A DNA stretch of 63,845 nucleotides, filler included, from Octopus bimaculoides (taxonomy: Eukaryota): the NCBI RefSeq assembly GCF_001194135.2. It is 8 parts of 8 records of this genome, joined end to end, with 100 filler letters (N's around TTAATTAATTAA, not from the genome) between each part and the next. Parts side by side here need not be neighbours in the genome. Positions count along the whole stretch, not along the records: positions 1 to 6,626 come from NC_068994.1; positions 6,727 to 13,469 come from NC_069010.1; positions 13,570 to 19,096 come from NC_068985.1; 5 more parts are not named here. One strand, written 5' to 3'. The notes under the pieces were generated by a model, which was not told where the DNA came from, made no database searches, and worked only from the letters and a program-made list of their open reading frames with translations. Of this stretch, positions 1 through 13,600 are shown in pieces. The position numbers and the translations under genes were made by a program. The stretch's first letter is position 1, and each line of letters starts with the position of its first letter.

Positions 1-150
1 TCTTTACGTTCTGAGTTCAAATTCCGCTGGGGTCGACTTTGCCTGTCATTCTTTCGGGTTCGATAAATTAAGTACCAGTTGCGTGATGGGGTCGAGCTAA
101 TCGACTGGCCACCTCCCCCAAAATTTCGAGCCTTGTGCCTAGAATAAGGA
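1..150 (+). mobile_element. tRNA-derived SINE, family A, 5' end cut by window
   Basis: Box B-like GAGTTCAAATT followed by the body GTCGACTTTGCC..TTCGGG.TCGATAAATTAAGTACCAGTTG, which recurs at least 9 times in the window. Confidence 0.8.
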
Positions 151-160
151 ATATTTATAA

Positions 161-362
161 GGCGGTGAGCTGGTAGGATCGTTAGCACGCCGGGCGAAAT
201 GTCTAGCGGTATTTCGTCTGTCTTTACGTTCTGAGTTCAAATTCCGCCGAGGTCGACTTTGCCTGTCATCCTTTCGGGGTCGATGAATTAAGTACTGGGG
301 GGTCGATCTAATCGACTGGCTCCTTCCCCCAAAATTTCGGGCCTTGTGTCTAGAGCAGAAAA
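161..362 (+). mobile_element. tRNA-derived SINE, family A, near full length
   Basis: GGCGGTGAGCTGGTAGGATCGTTAG (box A-like), GAGTTCAAATTCC (box B-like), same body as 1-150; directly tandem to the previous copy. Confidence 0.85.
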
Positions 363-729
363 GGATATCTCCTGAAAATGCCAGCAGATTGTTGTTTCAA
401 ACTTTGGCTGAAGGTCAGCAATTTTAGGGAAGGAGTGGCGGCAGGGTGGAGGGGAGTGGGAGGAGTAGTCGATTACATTGACTCCTTAGTGCTGAAAGGG
501 TCCTTATTTTATCGAAACCGAAACGAGGAAAGACGAACATAAAAGACGGACGAGTGTCGAGCTTGCTAACGATTCTGTAAGCTCTCCTCCTTTAAATAAA
601 TAACGCCTTCAAATTTTTGGCACAAGGCTTGCAATTTCGTGTGAGGGGTCTCAGTCGATTATAACGACTGCAGTGCAGCAACACATTGGGGATTGCAGAG
701 CGTAAGATGAGCCAAATAAGACATCTTGG

Positions 730-1316
730 CCTACCACTGATTCTGTGTCCATCTGAAATCGTCTTGACCTGGTATTGCCATTGGATTTAGACGATCACGG
801 ACGATAGAATTGGGTTGACTGTGCGTAACTGTTCTTCACATTAAACAAAGTCACTCTACACGCCACGAGTCATCCGTAAAAAAGTCTAGAGTGTCCCCGT
901 CGTTCAGGCAGACAAACATGAGAGTCCCTTACTCATTCGTTTCCCTACGTTACGTGAACCTTTTCTGCGCCCATCGTCAGGCCCCGACACTATGCACAAC
1001 TTCCCCACTTCTTTCGCCCGCTTCACGAAGAAAATCGGGCTCCCCGGAATCTCCTCTCTGCTCATGTCTTTCTTGCAGATATCCCCTTACAATAGTTTGA
1101 ACGACACATCAATGCCATCATAGTCACCGTTCTCACAGGGACTCCAGAAGTCATAAGTAGAACTCGCTCCACCCATACACAGCAAATAAATATATATATA
1201 TATAAATAAGAACTAAAGCAAAAATCAAAAAACACAGAACACCCAACAGTACACACATAAACAAAACAAAACAAACAATAAAACAGGCACAAAGCCTCGC
1301 TGTTACCCAATTGTAA
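730..1316 (-). pseudogene. possible decayed Ty3/gypsy gag-like relic
   Basis: Frameshifted minus-strand peptides FFVKRAKEVGKLC and LMFVCLNDGDTLDFF loosely resemble gypsy gag; upstream TTACA-AT-TGGGTAACAGCG loosely resembles an LTR end plus PBS. Weak. Confidence 0.25.
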
Positions 1317-1915
1317 ATTATTTACAGTTCTCGTTTATGTGGTTTTTGTTTGTTTTTACTTAGCAATATTTTAAGCATGCGGTTCTTAAGTTTATCTCAT
1401 GTGTTCTCATAACAAAATTATACAATGCCAAGAAAGTGATATTTTTGGCTCTCACAAAAATTAATCTTCGGAAGTTTCAAATTTTTCCCCGTGTCACCCT
1501 GAAAATAAGTTCGTGATGTCTGCTAGAGATTGTGTGCCAANNNNNNNNNNNNNNNNNNNNNNNNNNNNNNNNNNNNNNNNNNNNNNNNNNNNNNNNNNNN
1601 NNNNNNNNNNNNNNNNNNNNNNNNNNNNNNNNNNNNNNNNTATATATATATATATATGCCCACAGGCACACACACATACACACACGAACACACCTATCCC
1701 TTCCTTATGTTTTCTATTTATCGTCATGTCAGTCATGACCCACGAGGAATTCGTAGAATTCTCTTCTGGTTTCGTTTTCTTGGCATATTCTTCGTGCAAT
1801 ATTATATAAGACGATCCAATTTAATTACGAAACTTACATCCATGCAATAAATCAGGTCCACACAAAACACCAATGCCGATGACGGCGACAACAACAACAG
1901 CCAATACTCCTCCTC

Positions 1916-1959
<44 letters not shown>

Positions 1960-1981
1960 NNNNNNNNNNTACTACTACTAT

Positions 1982-2016
<35 letters not shown>

Positions 2017-2788
2017 GCATCTGATCGTCTTGGAAATTTTATACTCGAGAAGATGGGGGAACATTATATATTTTTGTTTTTTTTTGCGAATGTGTGGGTG
2101 AGCATGTGTGTGTTTCAAGCGAGGGTGGTTGAGTATATGCATATAGGCGCATGTACGGACTCGTGCGTTTACGCGAACACTATAGGCTTTTCTACTCCCT
2201 TACTTTTACCCGCTCCCCTTACTTAGCGATCTATAGCTCTTTTGTCTTAATAACGGTCAACCACACAGTAATTTCCCTTTGTTTAACTGTCATTTTTCAC
2301 AGGAATTTTCAATGGCCAGATAACTGAAGAGATGTTGGCGTGGGTTCCCACCCCGGCATCCGAAACTCGGAGTTTAATCATGGCTACCGAATAAGTGTCA
2401 CATATTTTTGCAGATAAATTCCTCTATTTATATAATATGGAGGTCTCTTTCTTTCTTTTGTTGTCTTTTCTATCAATATATNNNNNNNNNNNNNNNNNNN
2501 NNNNNNNNNNNNNNNNNNNNNNNNNNNNNNNNNNNNNNNNNNNNNNNNNNNNNNNNNNNNNNNNNNTATATATACACACACACATATATATACACAAATC
2601 AGTTAGATAAATGGATGCATATGTATATATTCTATGTGTGTGTGCGTGTGTTGTGTGTGTATGCGTGTCTGAGTGTGTGTTTGCGCGTGTGAGTAAAATA
2701 CAGCGCTCGAATAATCGACGAAAATACTCAAAGCCTGTAATGGTTGAAGCTTCTCACAGTATTCTAGTGTGTACATGCAAACATACAT

Positions 2789-2856
<68 letters not shown>

Positions 2857-2857
2857 T

Positions 2858-3008
2858 ACGGGCTTCTTTCAGTTTCCGTCTGCCAAATCCACTGACAAGG
2901 ATTTGGTCGGCCCGAGGCTATACTAGAAGACACTTGCCGAAAATGTCATGCAGTGGGATCGAAGCCAGGACCATGTAATTGGTAGGCAAGGTACTTACCA
3001 CAGCCACG
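2858..3008 (-). mobile_element. SINE family C, 5' half (tRNA-like head)
   Basis: Reverse complement of the head seen at 20270-20430 and 47968-48120 (..CTTCTAGTATAGCCTCGGGCCGACC..GGATTTGGCAGACGGAAACTGAAAGAAGCCCGT); abuts (CA)n. Confidence 0.8.
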
Positions 3009-4553
3009 CATATATATATGGTACATATATTATTCACACGCACATCTATACACACATATATATATATATATATAGAAATCATGTATTTATATACTTTGTT
3101 ATATAACTATAAAACTTTATCGATAGAGTTTGCGTAATCAATTTTCCTATAACAAGCTTGTTGATTTATTTACTGTTCTCAGTGAACAAATGAACAAGTA
3201 GAATTTCTAGATGAAATTATGCGTAAAACCTGTTAATTCAGCGTGGAGAGAGCATTGCGCCGCGAACAAAGAATCAATTGATTTTGACTTCCACAGCTTA
3301 GACCAATATACAAACGTACGCATTATGTATATTCGTAGATACACACATATATTGATACAAGCACAAACATAGACTGACATAAACAGGCACACAATGTTAT
3401 GGATGTAATGTATATACACACACATAGAAAGAGAGTGGGAAAATATATATTTATATATATATATATATATATATATNNNNNNNNNNNNNNNNNNNNNNNN
3501 NNNNNNNNNNNNNNNNNNNNNNNNNNNNNNNNNNNNNNNNNNNNNNNNNNNNNNNNNNNNNNNNNNNNNNNNNNNNNNNNNNNNNNNNNNNNNNNNNNNN
3601 NNNNNNNNNNNNNNNNNNNNNNNNNNNNNNNNNNNNNNNNNNNNNNNNNNNNNNNNNNNNNNNNNNNNNNNNNNNNNNNNNNNNNNNNNNNNNNNNNNNN
3701 NNNNNNNNNNNNNNNNNNNNNNNNNNNNNNNNNNNNNNNNNNNNNNNNNNNNNNNNNNNNNNNNNNNNNNNNNNNNNNNNNNNNNNNNNNNNNNNNNNNN
3801 NNNNNNNNNNNNNNNNNNNNNNNNNNNNNNNNNNNNNNNNNNNNNNNNNNNNNNNNNNNNNNNNNNNNNNNNNNNNNNNNNNNNNNNNNNNNNNNNNNNN
3901 NNNNNNNNNNNNNNNNNNNNNNNNNNNNNNNNNNNNNNNNNNNNNNNNNNNNNNNNNNNNNNNNNNNNNNNNNNNNNNNNNNNNNNNNNNNNNNNNNNNN
4001 NNNNNNNNNNNNNNNNNNNNNNNNNNNNNNNNNNNNNNNNNNNNNNNNNNNNNNNNNNNNNNNNNNNNNNNNNNNNNNNNNNNNNNNNNNNNNNNNNNNN
4101 NNNNNNNNNNNNNNNNNNNNNNNNNNNNNNNNNNNNNNNNNNNNNNNNNNNNNNNNNNNNNNNNNNNNNNNNNNNNNNNNNNNNNNNNNNNNNNNNNNNN
4201 NNNNNNNNNNNNNNNNNNNNNNNNNNNNNNNNNNNNNNNNNNNNNNNNNNNNNNNNNNNNNNNNNNNNNNNNNNNNNNNNNNNNNNNNNNNNNNNNNNNN
4301 NNNNNNNNNNNNNNNNNNNNNNNNNNNNNNNNNNNNNNNNNNNNNNNNNNNNNNNNNNNNNNTATATATATATATACATGCTTATGTATTCTCAGTCTAT
4401 TGGAGTATTTCAACCAATCAAAATATAGTCTCTCTATTTTCATGTGACTGAAAATTCTAAGGTCCTTGTTGTGATTTGACAAACAATACAAACCCCCGGT
4501 AGACACAATTTCTTCAATCAACAACCACACAATATTGTATACTGTGCGGCGTC

Positions 4554-4554
<1 letters not shown>

Positions 4555-4613
<59 letters not shown>
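4555..4613. repeat. (TAA)n microsatellite
   Basis: Direct reading. Confidence 0.95.
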
Positions 4614-4614
<1 letters not shown>

Positions 4615-5121
4615 TACCACAGACACACACACATACATACATACATACATACATGCATACGTACATTTACCCACACGCATGCTCAGACGTTCACTTCAGA
4701 GATGCGATATATTAAATTAATTGTCTAATGGCTATTGGTTAGATATATATCCAGCAAAATATTATCAAATCTATTGATTTTCAAGAAGACTGACTTTTCT
4801 CCAACTATGATTAATTGTATTAATTTTGCTACATTCTTTAACCTTGAGTTTAGACTTCGAGAAATCATAATGAAATACTAGCATATGACCGTCTCTCTTG
4901 TATATGCAAAGTCAGACACTGTGAACGGTTATTGGACGTCTGGTCAAATGTAACGAATACTGCGATGGCAGTTTCATTATAAGTGACATTGAAGAAGGAG
5001 AGGCGTAGAAGCGAGTTAAAAGGTCTTTGACTTATAAATGTTATGTACGTCTATATGCATGTATATATGTGTGTATATATACATATATATTTATATATAT
5101 ATTAAATATATATATATAATC

Positions 5122-5166
<45 letters not shown>

Positions 5167-6399
5167 AACATATACCTATACATATATATTTATATATACA
5201 TACATATNNNNNNNNNNNNNNNNNNNNNNNNNNNNNNNNNNNNNNNNNNNNNNNNNNNNNNNNNNNNNNNNNNNNNNNNNNNNNNNNNNNNNNNNNNNNN
5301 NNNNNNNNNNNNNNNNNNNNNNNNNNNNNNNNNNNNNNNNNNNNNNNNNNNNNNNNNNNNNNNNNNNNNNNNNNNNNNNNNNNNNNNNNNNNNNNNNNNN
5401 NNNNNNNNNNNNNNNNNNNNNNNNNNNNNNNNNNNNNNNNNNNNNNNNNNNNNNNNNNNNNNNNNNNNNNNNNNNNNNNNNNNNNNNNNNNNNNNNNNNN
5501 NNNNNNNNNNNNNNNNNNNNNNNNNNNNNNNNNNNNNNNNNNNNNNNNNNNNNNNNNNNNNNNNNNNNNNNNNNNNNNNNNNNNNNNNNNNNNNNNNNNN
5601 NNNNNNNNNNNNNNNNNNNNNNNNNNNNNNNNNNNNNNNNNNNNNNNNNNNNNNNNNNNNNNNNNNNNNNNNNNNNNNNNNNNNNNNNNNNNNNNNNNNN
5701 NNNNNNNNNNNNNNNNNNNNNNNNNNNNNNNNNNNNNNNNNNNNNNNNNNNNNNNNNNNNNNNNNNNNNNNNNNNNNNNNNNNNNNNNNNNNNNNNNNNN
5801 NNNNNNNNNNNNNNNNNNNNNNNNNNNNNNNNNNNNNNNNNNNNNNNNNNNNNNNNNNNNNNNNNNNNNNNNNNNNNNNNNNNNNNNNNNNNNNNNNNNN
5901 NNNNNNNNNNNNNNNNNNNNNNNNNNNNNNNNNNNNNNNNNNNNNNNNNNNNNNNNNNNNNNNNNNNNNNNNNNNNNNNNNNNNNNNNNNNNNTATATAC
6001 ATACACAAAATCACACACATACATGCATATAATGGCATTAAAAACAATGTGGGTATGTTCAATAAAACTTCTTAGAATTGCTTCTGTAGGGAATCGTTTT
6101 CTCAGTGAAAATAGCATAACAAAAATACTTGGACGAAGATTCTTTATTGAATAAACTCACGTTTATTCAGTCTTTTAGTTCGCCGAGTCTACGACCTATT
6201 ACAGGTGCACCGAAAGACACGGTGGCGAGAGAAAGTTACTTTCGAATAACAAACCCATCTTAAGTGCTTACGGCGAAGTGGAGACCCGTAAAGGTCCTTA
6301 AAGAGCAAGAAATGATGGAATGGTGACGGCTGGAACATGCTTGGTGAGAGGCCTGATCGGTCAGAATTGATCTGGGGTAACCAACATCTTCAAAGACAA

Positions 6400-6411
6400 C
6401 AAGAGCAACAG

Positions 6412-6448
<37 letters not shown>

Positions 6449-6626
6449 GCAGCAAGAAGAGAAACAACAATAAGAGTGACAAGAAGAACACGGAACAGGA
6501 CAGAAACAACTATGACGGCGAAGACAGTGACAGCAACACGACGACTATGAGGACGACGACGACGACGAGGGACACCACCACCACCAACAACAACAACAAC
6601 AACACCATCATCACCACCATCATCAC
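6400..6626. repeat. (AAC)n/(GAC)n/(ACC)n compound trinucleotide low-complexity tract
   Basis: Direct reading; explains ORF 6337-6678. Confidence 0.9.
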
Positions 6627-6726
6627 NNNNNNNNNNNNNNNNNNNNNNNNNNNNNNNNNNNNNNNNNNNNTTAATTAATTAANNNNNNNNNNNNNNNNNN
6701 NNNNNNNNNNNNNNNNNNNNNNNNNN
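6627..6726. other. assembly join spacer (44N-TTAATTAATTAA-44N)
   Basis: 12-mer at 6671-6682 with exactly 44 N each side. Confidence 0.95.
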
Positions 6727-6935
6727 ATATGCATGTGTGTCTGTGTATATCCCCCCACCATCACTTGACAACCGATGCTGATGTGATTACGTCCCCGTAA
6801 CCTAGCGGTTCGGCAAAAAGAGAACGATTGAATAAATACTAGGCTTACAAAGAATAAGTCCTGGGGTCGATATGCTCGACTAGAGGCAGTGCTCCAGCAT
6901 GGTCGCAGTCGAATGACTGAAATAAGTAAAAGAGT
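6727..6935 (+). mobile_element. SINE family C, 3' half
   Basis: CTTGACAACCGATGCTG..CCCCGTAAC.TAGCGGTTCGGCAAAA..AAGAATAAGTCCTGGGGTCGAT..GCTCCAGCATGG.CGCAGTC..ATGACTGAAA, repeated at least 8 times in the window. Confidence 0.85.
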
Positions 6936-7404
6936 ATCACATATTTTTCCTTTATTGGGGGTAAATTTGGCTTACAGCCGTTTCCAGTAGCCATTATAGG
7001 TACATTACTGATAGGCTTACTCAATTGGTCTACTGATTAATTGAGGAAGATCAAATGACCTAAGAAAATTAAGCTACTTTCAACAGAGCCATTGCTGGAA
7101 ATAACAAACAGAGCATATATAAATAAGCAGGATACAATGGGTAAATTGTCGCCCTTTTTTTGTGCATGCACATTGTTTTTGATTTTCTAGACTACACAGT
7201 ATATAGTAGGGTCAGTTGGGCACCATCTGTGAGAAAAACAGCACCATGATGCATTTCACTCTGCCAGAAATTTGGAAACGACAACATGCTGGCATGGGTT
7301 GGACGGTTTGACTGAGGCTTGGAGCTAAGCAACAACACCAAAAAGTACATTTAATACCCTCTGCCTCGATCAAATATATAAAAAATGCAAGATGAATAAA
7401 TTAG

Positions 7405-7446
<42 letters not shown>

Positions 7447-7705
7447 NNNNNNNNNNNNNNNNNNNNNNNNNNNNNNNNNNNNNNNNNNNNNNNNNNNNNN
7501 NNNNNNNNNNNNNNNNNNNNNNNNNNNNNNNNNNNNNNNNNNNNNNNNNNNNNNNNNNNNNNNNNNNNNNNNNNNNNNNNNNNNNNNNNNNNNNNNNNNN
7601 NNNNNNNNNNNNNNNNNNNNNNNNNNNNNNNNNNNNNNNNNNNNNNNNNNNNNNNNNNNNNNNNNNNNNNNNNNNNNNNNNNNNNNNNNNNNNNNNNNNN
7701 NNNNN

Positions 7706-7737
<32 letters not shown>

Positions 7738-9371
7738 GGTGCAAACATAGAGAAGCCCACAAAGATGGGGTAACAAAAGCAGAGTGTATTAGGTTTACGC
7801 TCAGGAAAAAATAGCAAGAAAAGTCTTTTAATGTTTCAAGCATATACTCCTCTTCTGAAAGAATAAATGAAGAGAGTTAAAAAAATAGTGGAAAGAGAAA
7901 AGAATAAACATGTCTCAATTAGATGGTCACTGCATACAGAAACAACAGGAAAAGATGACATACATATATATATATATGTGTGTATATGTGCATGTGCATA
8001 TCTATATATATAAAATCCACTAAAAACTACAAGAATTATCAAAATACAAGGTCTGAATTTTTCACTAACTGTCACCAGTTCAACAAGTCTCTGCTTAAAT
8101 TCTGGAGATTCAATCCATCACCAGATAAAGCTGACATACCATCAAATCAACAGACACACTTACTTCACTTGTTAACCTTGTTACCTGACTCTGCTTCTAT
8201 TATTAGATTCTGGAAATGTACACCACTTTGAGATTAAACTATCAGGCACCACCAATTTATTTGCTGATGTTGTTACCCGACTCTCTTATTCCATGATCTG
8301 ATTCATCACATTAATTTTAGCTCATAATACATCACTTCTCATACTTGGTCCTAAAACATTCTTTTGTTCACCTTTGAAAAAAAATTTTTTTTCCTTGCTA
8401 AAGATTTGGTATTTTACACCACAGCAAATGTAAATAGTGACACATAGTACAGTTATAGGAGACACAAGCCAGATATTCCTGTGGCCACGCTAAGGACATT
8501 GTCTCTTTAGCTAGCGGGATTCGAAGGCTGCATATTCAAATCATATTGGGGTCACCAACTTTAGCTTGGCGGAAAAGGTGCAATGTGGCTAAAGCCCTGG
8601 TAATATTATATGTTCGGGTTTCCTAAGAGTCAGGTTAAAGAATAGCAAGAAATACAACGACAAGTTGAAGTTGACGGCCACATTTATTTAACCACTAAAA
8701 TGAAATATAGCAGACTGGTATAACAAGCGAACCCTCCCAATTTCCTCCTCCACCTGTCCCCTCCACGTATGAATGCATGTGTGTGTGTGTGTGTGTGTGT
8801 GTATTTGTGTATTTTACTACATTCTTCATTATTTTTGAAATTAATTGGAATAAAAAAGGCAGTCTATTTCAAGAGAAATATGGTATCAAAAGGATTGAGC
8901 AACCTATAGCTATATACAGTTCTAGACAGTTAAAGTGGTGTGTCTGATTTGCATAACACTTTTTATGCTGAGAATATGGAGTTGTTGTTATAATTGAATT
9001 AATTCATTTCTAAGACACTGCACAATAACTGTTTCCTTATTTTAGTGGTGGAATGGACATTGCTTAGTTTAGTGAAACACGAGTGTTTGAACATTAAAGG
9101 GATTACAAGTCTTTGCTTCTGCTTACTTTTGCCAAAAGTACAAGATTGGAGAGATGCACTTTCAAGTTTTAAACATACACACTTATAAAATATGGATACA
9201 CATACACACACACACATGGATGCACACAGGGACACATACACACATATGCAAATGTACTTTCACTCCTATCCATCTATGTGTGCGTGTGTGTGTGTGTATA
9301 CACACTTATATACACATACATAAATAAATACATACATATATACACACATAAATACACACACATATATATTT

Positions 9372-9422
<51 letters not shown>

Positions 9423-10104
9423 NNNNNNNNNNNNNNNNNNNNNNNNNNNNNNNNNNNNNNNNNNNNNNNNNNNNNNNNNNNNNNNNNNNNNNNNNNNNNN
9501 NNNNNNNNNNNNNNNNNNNNNNNNNNNNNNNNNNNNNNNNNNNNNNNNNNNNNNNNNNNNNNNNNNNNNNNNNNNNNNNNNNNNNNNNNNNNNNNNNNNN
9601 NNNNNNNNNNNNNNNNNNNNNNNNNNNNNNNNNNNNNNNNNNNNNNNNNNNNNNNNNNNNNNNNNNNNNNNNNNNNNNNNNNNNNNNNNNNNNNNNNNNN
9701 NNNNNNNNNNNNNNNNNNNNNNNNNNNNNNNNNNNNNNNNNNNNNNNNNNNNNNNNNNNNNNNNNNNNNNNNNNNNNNNNNNNNNNNNNNNNNNNNNNNN
9801 NNNNNNNNNNNNNNNNNNNNNNNNNNNNNNNNNNNNNNNNNNNNNNNNNNNNNNNNNNNNNNNNNNNNNNNNNNNNNNNNNNNNNNNNNNNNNNNNNNNN
9901 NNNNNNNNNNNNNNNNNNNNNNNNNNNNNNNNNNNNNNNNNNNNNNNNNNNNNNNNNNNNNNNNNNNNNNNNNNNNNNNNNNNNNNNNNNNNNNNNNNNN
10001 NNNNNNNNNNNNNNNNNNNNNNNNNNNNNNNNNNNNNNNNNNNNNNNNNNNNNNNNNNNNNNNNNNNNNNNNNNNNNNNNNNNNNNNNNNNNNNNNNNNN
10101 NNNN

Positions 10105-10134
<30 letters not shown>

Positions 10135-10138
<4 letters not shown>

Positions 10139-10660
10139 TCGTTCATCGTTTAACGTCTGCTTTCCATGCTAGCATGGGTTGGACGATTTGACTGAGGACT
10201 GGTGAACCAGATGGCTACACCAGGCTCCAATCTGATTTGGCAGAGTTTCTACAGCTGGATGCCCTTCCTGACGCCAACCACTCCAAGAGTGTAGTGGGTG
10301 CTTTTACGTGCCGCCGGCATGAAGGCCAGTCAGGCGGTACTGGCAACGGCCATGTGTGTGTGTGTCTGTGCATCATCATCATCATCATTCAACATCCATT
10401 TTCCATGCTGGCATGGGCTGGATGGTTTGGCTGAGGTTTGGTGAGCCAGAAGGCTGCACCAGGCTCCAATCTGATCTGGCAATGTTTCTATACCTGGATG
10501 CCCTTCCTAACGCCAACCACTCCGAGAGTGTAGTGGGTGCTTTTTACGTGCTACTGGCACGAGGGCCAGTCAGGCGGTACTGGCATTGACCACGCTTGAA
10601 TGCTGCCTTTTACGTGTCACCGGCACGGGAGCCAGTCAGGTGGCACACGTATGTATGTGT
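10135..10660 (-). mobile_element. two tandem copies of SINE/RTE-tail repeat family D
   Basis: 10135-10345 and 10370-10660 both read TTTCCATGCT.GCATGGG.TGGA.G.TTTG.CTGAGG..CCAGGCTCCAATCTGAT.TGGCA..TTTCTA.A.CTGGATGCCCTTCCT.ACGCCAACCACTCC; on the minus strand each ends in (GAT)n, like RTE-type tails. Confidence 0.8.
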
Positions 10661-11009
10661 GTGCACCGCTTTGAAGAGCTTTAATTGAAGAACTGAACTG
10701 CAGTGCTTGTGTTTTTTTTTTGTTTTTTCAAGCCTGCTACTTATGTTATCAGTCACTTTTGCTAAGTTATATAGATGTAAACACACCAACACCAGTTGTC
10801 AAGCAGTGGTGGGGAAACACACACACACATTAAAAGTAATTAAGTTTATGTCTGGTCATAGAGTGACCATTGGTTTCACATCCACAAAGGCCTTAGCCTT
10901 GTGGACATTTCGTCAAATATACTTGTTTTATGCTCAAAAAGGCCAGATCCAGCCTCTCATACCTGCCCTACAGTGTCATTCTAAAGATATCCAATCACAT
11001 CATTGGAAT

Positions 11010-11185
11010 CTGTAAACTGTGGGGTGGTTGGTGTCAGGAAAGGCATCCAGCTGTAAAAACCATGCCAAAACAGACACAGTAACCTGGGGGTAGTCTTCTG
11101 CCTGGCCGGCTCCTGTCAAACCGTCCAACCCATGCCAGTGTGAAACAAGGACTTTAAACGATGATGATGATGATGATGATGATGC
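11010..11185 (+). mobile_element. SINE/RTE-tail repeat family D
   Basis: GGTGTCAGGAAAGGCATCCAGCTGTAAAAA..AAACCGTCCAACCCATGCCAG..TTAAACGATGATGATGAT. Confidence 0.75.
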
Positions 11186-11895
11186 TAATAAACAAATGCT
11201 TAATTAAAAAAAAATAATAATAATAAAGCATCACATTTGACTGAGTAATCTGAATGCAGAAGGGTTAAGAATGACTAATGACTCGTGCGGTGACCTTGTC
11301 TAAAGTGAGAAGAAAAGCTGCACAGCATCAATCTCACTAGGGATGGAGACGGATGCAGAGGTTGACCAAGATGTCTCACTGGCCTCGTCTTGCTCTCCGC
11401 ACACGATGTATTGATGTATCGCTGTAGTGGCCTTCNNNNNNNNNNNNNNNNNNNNNNNNNNNNNNNNNNNNNNNNNNNNNNNNNNNNNNNNNNNNNNNNN
11501 NNNNNNNNNNNNNNNNNNNNNNNNNNNNNNNNNNNNNNNNNNNNNNNNNNNNNNNNNNNNNNNNNNNNNNNNNNNNNNNNNNNNNNNNNNNNNNNNNNNN
11601 NNNNNNNNNNNNNNNNNNNNNNNNNNNNNNNNNNNNNNNNNNNNNNNNNNNNNNNNNNNNNNNNNNNNGGAGTGATGAGAAGACAGGGAGGGGGCCCAGG
11701 AGGTGGGGAGTGAGCAGTAGGTGGATGGGAGGGGACGAGGGAGCAAGTAAGGTAGACTTGGCAGGGCACAAAGAAACTGTTTATCTCTGATTCTAAATAC
11801 TGCCCTTGTGTCTGGGTAAGTTTGCTATGGGATGATGGGGTCTACTACAGCACAACGTATTACCAATCAATACAGTCTTTTGTCATTTTCAGTGC

Positions 11896-11935
<40 letters not shown>

Positions 11936-12112
11936 AGAGAGAGAGAGATGTATGCATATATACATATGCATACATATATGGATACATATCTATATATACA
12001 TGTATGTATACATACAAACATACATGTATATAAATATATACACATACACACACCTATATTTATATATACATACATACCTATATGTTTACATATATACACA
12101 CACACATACTTA

Positions 12113-12152
<40 letters not shown>

Positions 12153-12153
12153 C

Positions 12154-12184
<31 letters not shown>

Positions 12185-12777
12185 CATANNNNNNNNNNNN
12201 NNNNNNNNNNNNNNNNNNNNNNNNNNNNNNNNNNNNNNNNNNNNNNNNNNNNNNNNNNNNNNNNNNNNNNNNNNNNNNNNNNNNNNNNNNNNNNNNNNNN
12301 NNNNNNNNNNNNNNNNNNNNNNNNNNNNNNNNNNNNNNNNNNNNNNNNNNNNNNNNNNNNNNNNNNNNNNNNNNNNNNNNNNNNNNNNNNNNNNNNNNNN
12401 NNNNNNNNNNNNNNNNNNNNNNNNNNNNNNNNNNNNNNNNNNNNNNNNNNNNNNNNNNNNNNNNNNNNNNNNNNNNNNNNNNNNNNNNNNNNNNNNNNNN
12501 NNNNNNNNNNNNNNNNNNNNNNNNNNNNNNNNNNNNNNNNNNNNNNNNNNNNNNNNNNNNNNNNNNNNNNNNNNNNNNNNNNNNNNNNNNNNNNNNNNNN
12601 NNNNNNNNNNNNNNNNNNNNNNNNNNNNNNNNNNNNNNNNNNNNNNNNNNNNNNNNNNNNNNNNNNNNNNNNNNNNNNNNNNNNNNNNNNNNNNNNNNNN
12701 NNNNNNNNNNNNNNNNNNNNNNNNNNNNNNNNNNNNNNNNNNNNNNNNNNNNNNNNNNNNNNNNNNNNNNNNNNNNN

Positions 12778-12828
<51 letters not shown>

Positions 12829-13016
12829 CATGCCTATATTTATATATACATACATACCTATATATATATATAGATATATATATATACATACAATCACACA
12901 CACACACATATCTATATATATACATACATACACACGCATACCTATATATATACATACACACACATACCTATACATATATCTATATAAACACTTCTCTCTG
13001 TCTATGCATGTGTGTG

Positions 13017-13058
<42 letters not shown>

Positions 13059-13458
13059 CACACACACACACACATCCATACATACAGACATACAAACACA
13101 CATCTATTTATATACGCGTGCGGACACACAACTCACACACACACACACACACACCTCTATACAGAAATACAAACGCATTCATACACACACACGCACACAA
13201 ACCCACATTCTACCATATGTTCTCCATTATTGCAACCAGTCAGAAACGTTAACAATTCTTCATTCTTCCATCTTCACACAGTTATTTCTCCCCACAAACT
13301 CAAAGAATCTGTCACTCTTTCACACTAATTCTCTTTGTTTATTTTCTTTCTTCTCTCCCTCCATTGTTTCTCTCTCTCTTTCCTTCTCCTTAATTTTCTT
13401 TCTTTCTTATGTTTTCTTGTTTAGCATCTTCATCCCCCTCTATCCATATGTATATATA

Positions 13459-13469
13459 AGATCGGAAGA
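13459..13469 (+). other. probable Illumina adapter remnant
   Basis: AGATCGGAAGA exactly at a contig end before a spacer; matches the first 11 nt of adapter read-through AGATCGGAAGAGC. Confidence 0.7.
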
Positions 13470-13569
13470 NNNNNNNNNNNNNNNNNNNNNNNNNNNNNNN
13501 NNNNNNNNNNNNNTTAATTAATTAANNNNNNNNNNNNNNNNNNNNNNNNNNNNNNNNNNNNNNNNNNNN
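13470..13569. other. assembly join spacer
   Basis: TTAATTAATTAA at 13514-13525, 44 N each side. Confidence 0.95.

Positions 13570-13600
<31 letters not shown>

Noticed and set aside
6671-6682. TTAATTAATTAA as a biological palindrome, piggyBac site or array repeat
   Set aside because: It is always embedded in exactly 44+44 N, so it is an assembly spacer
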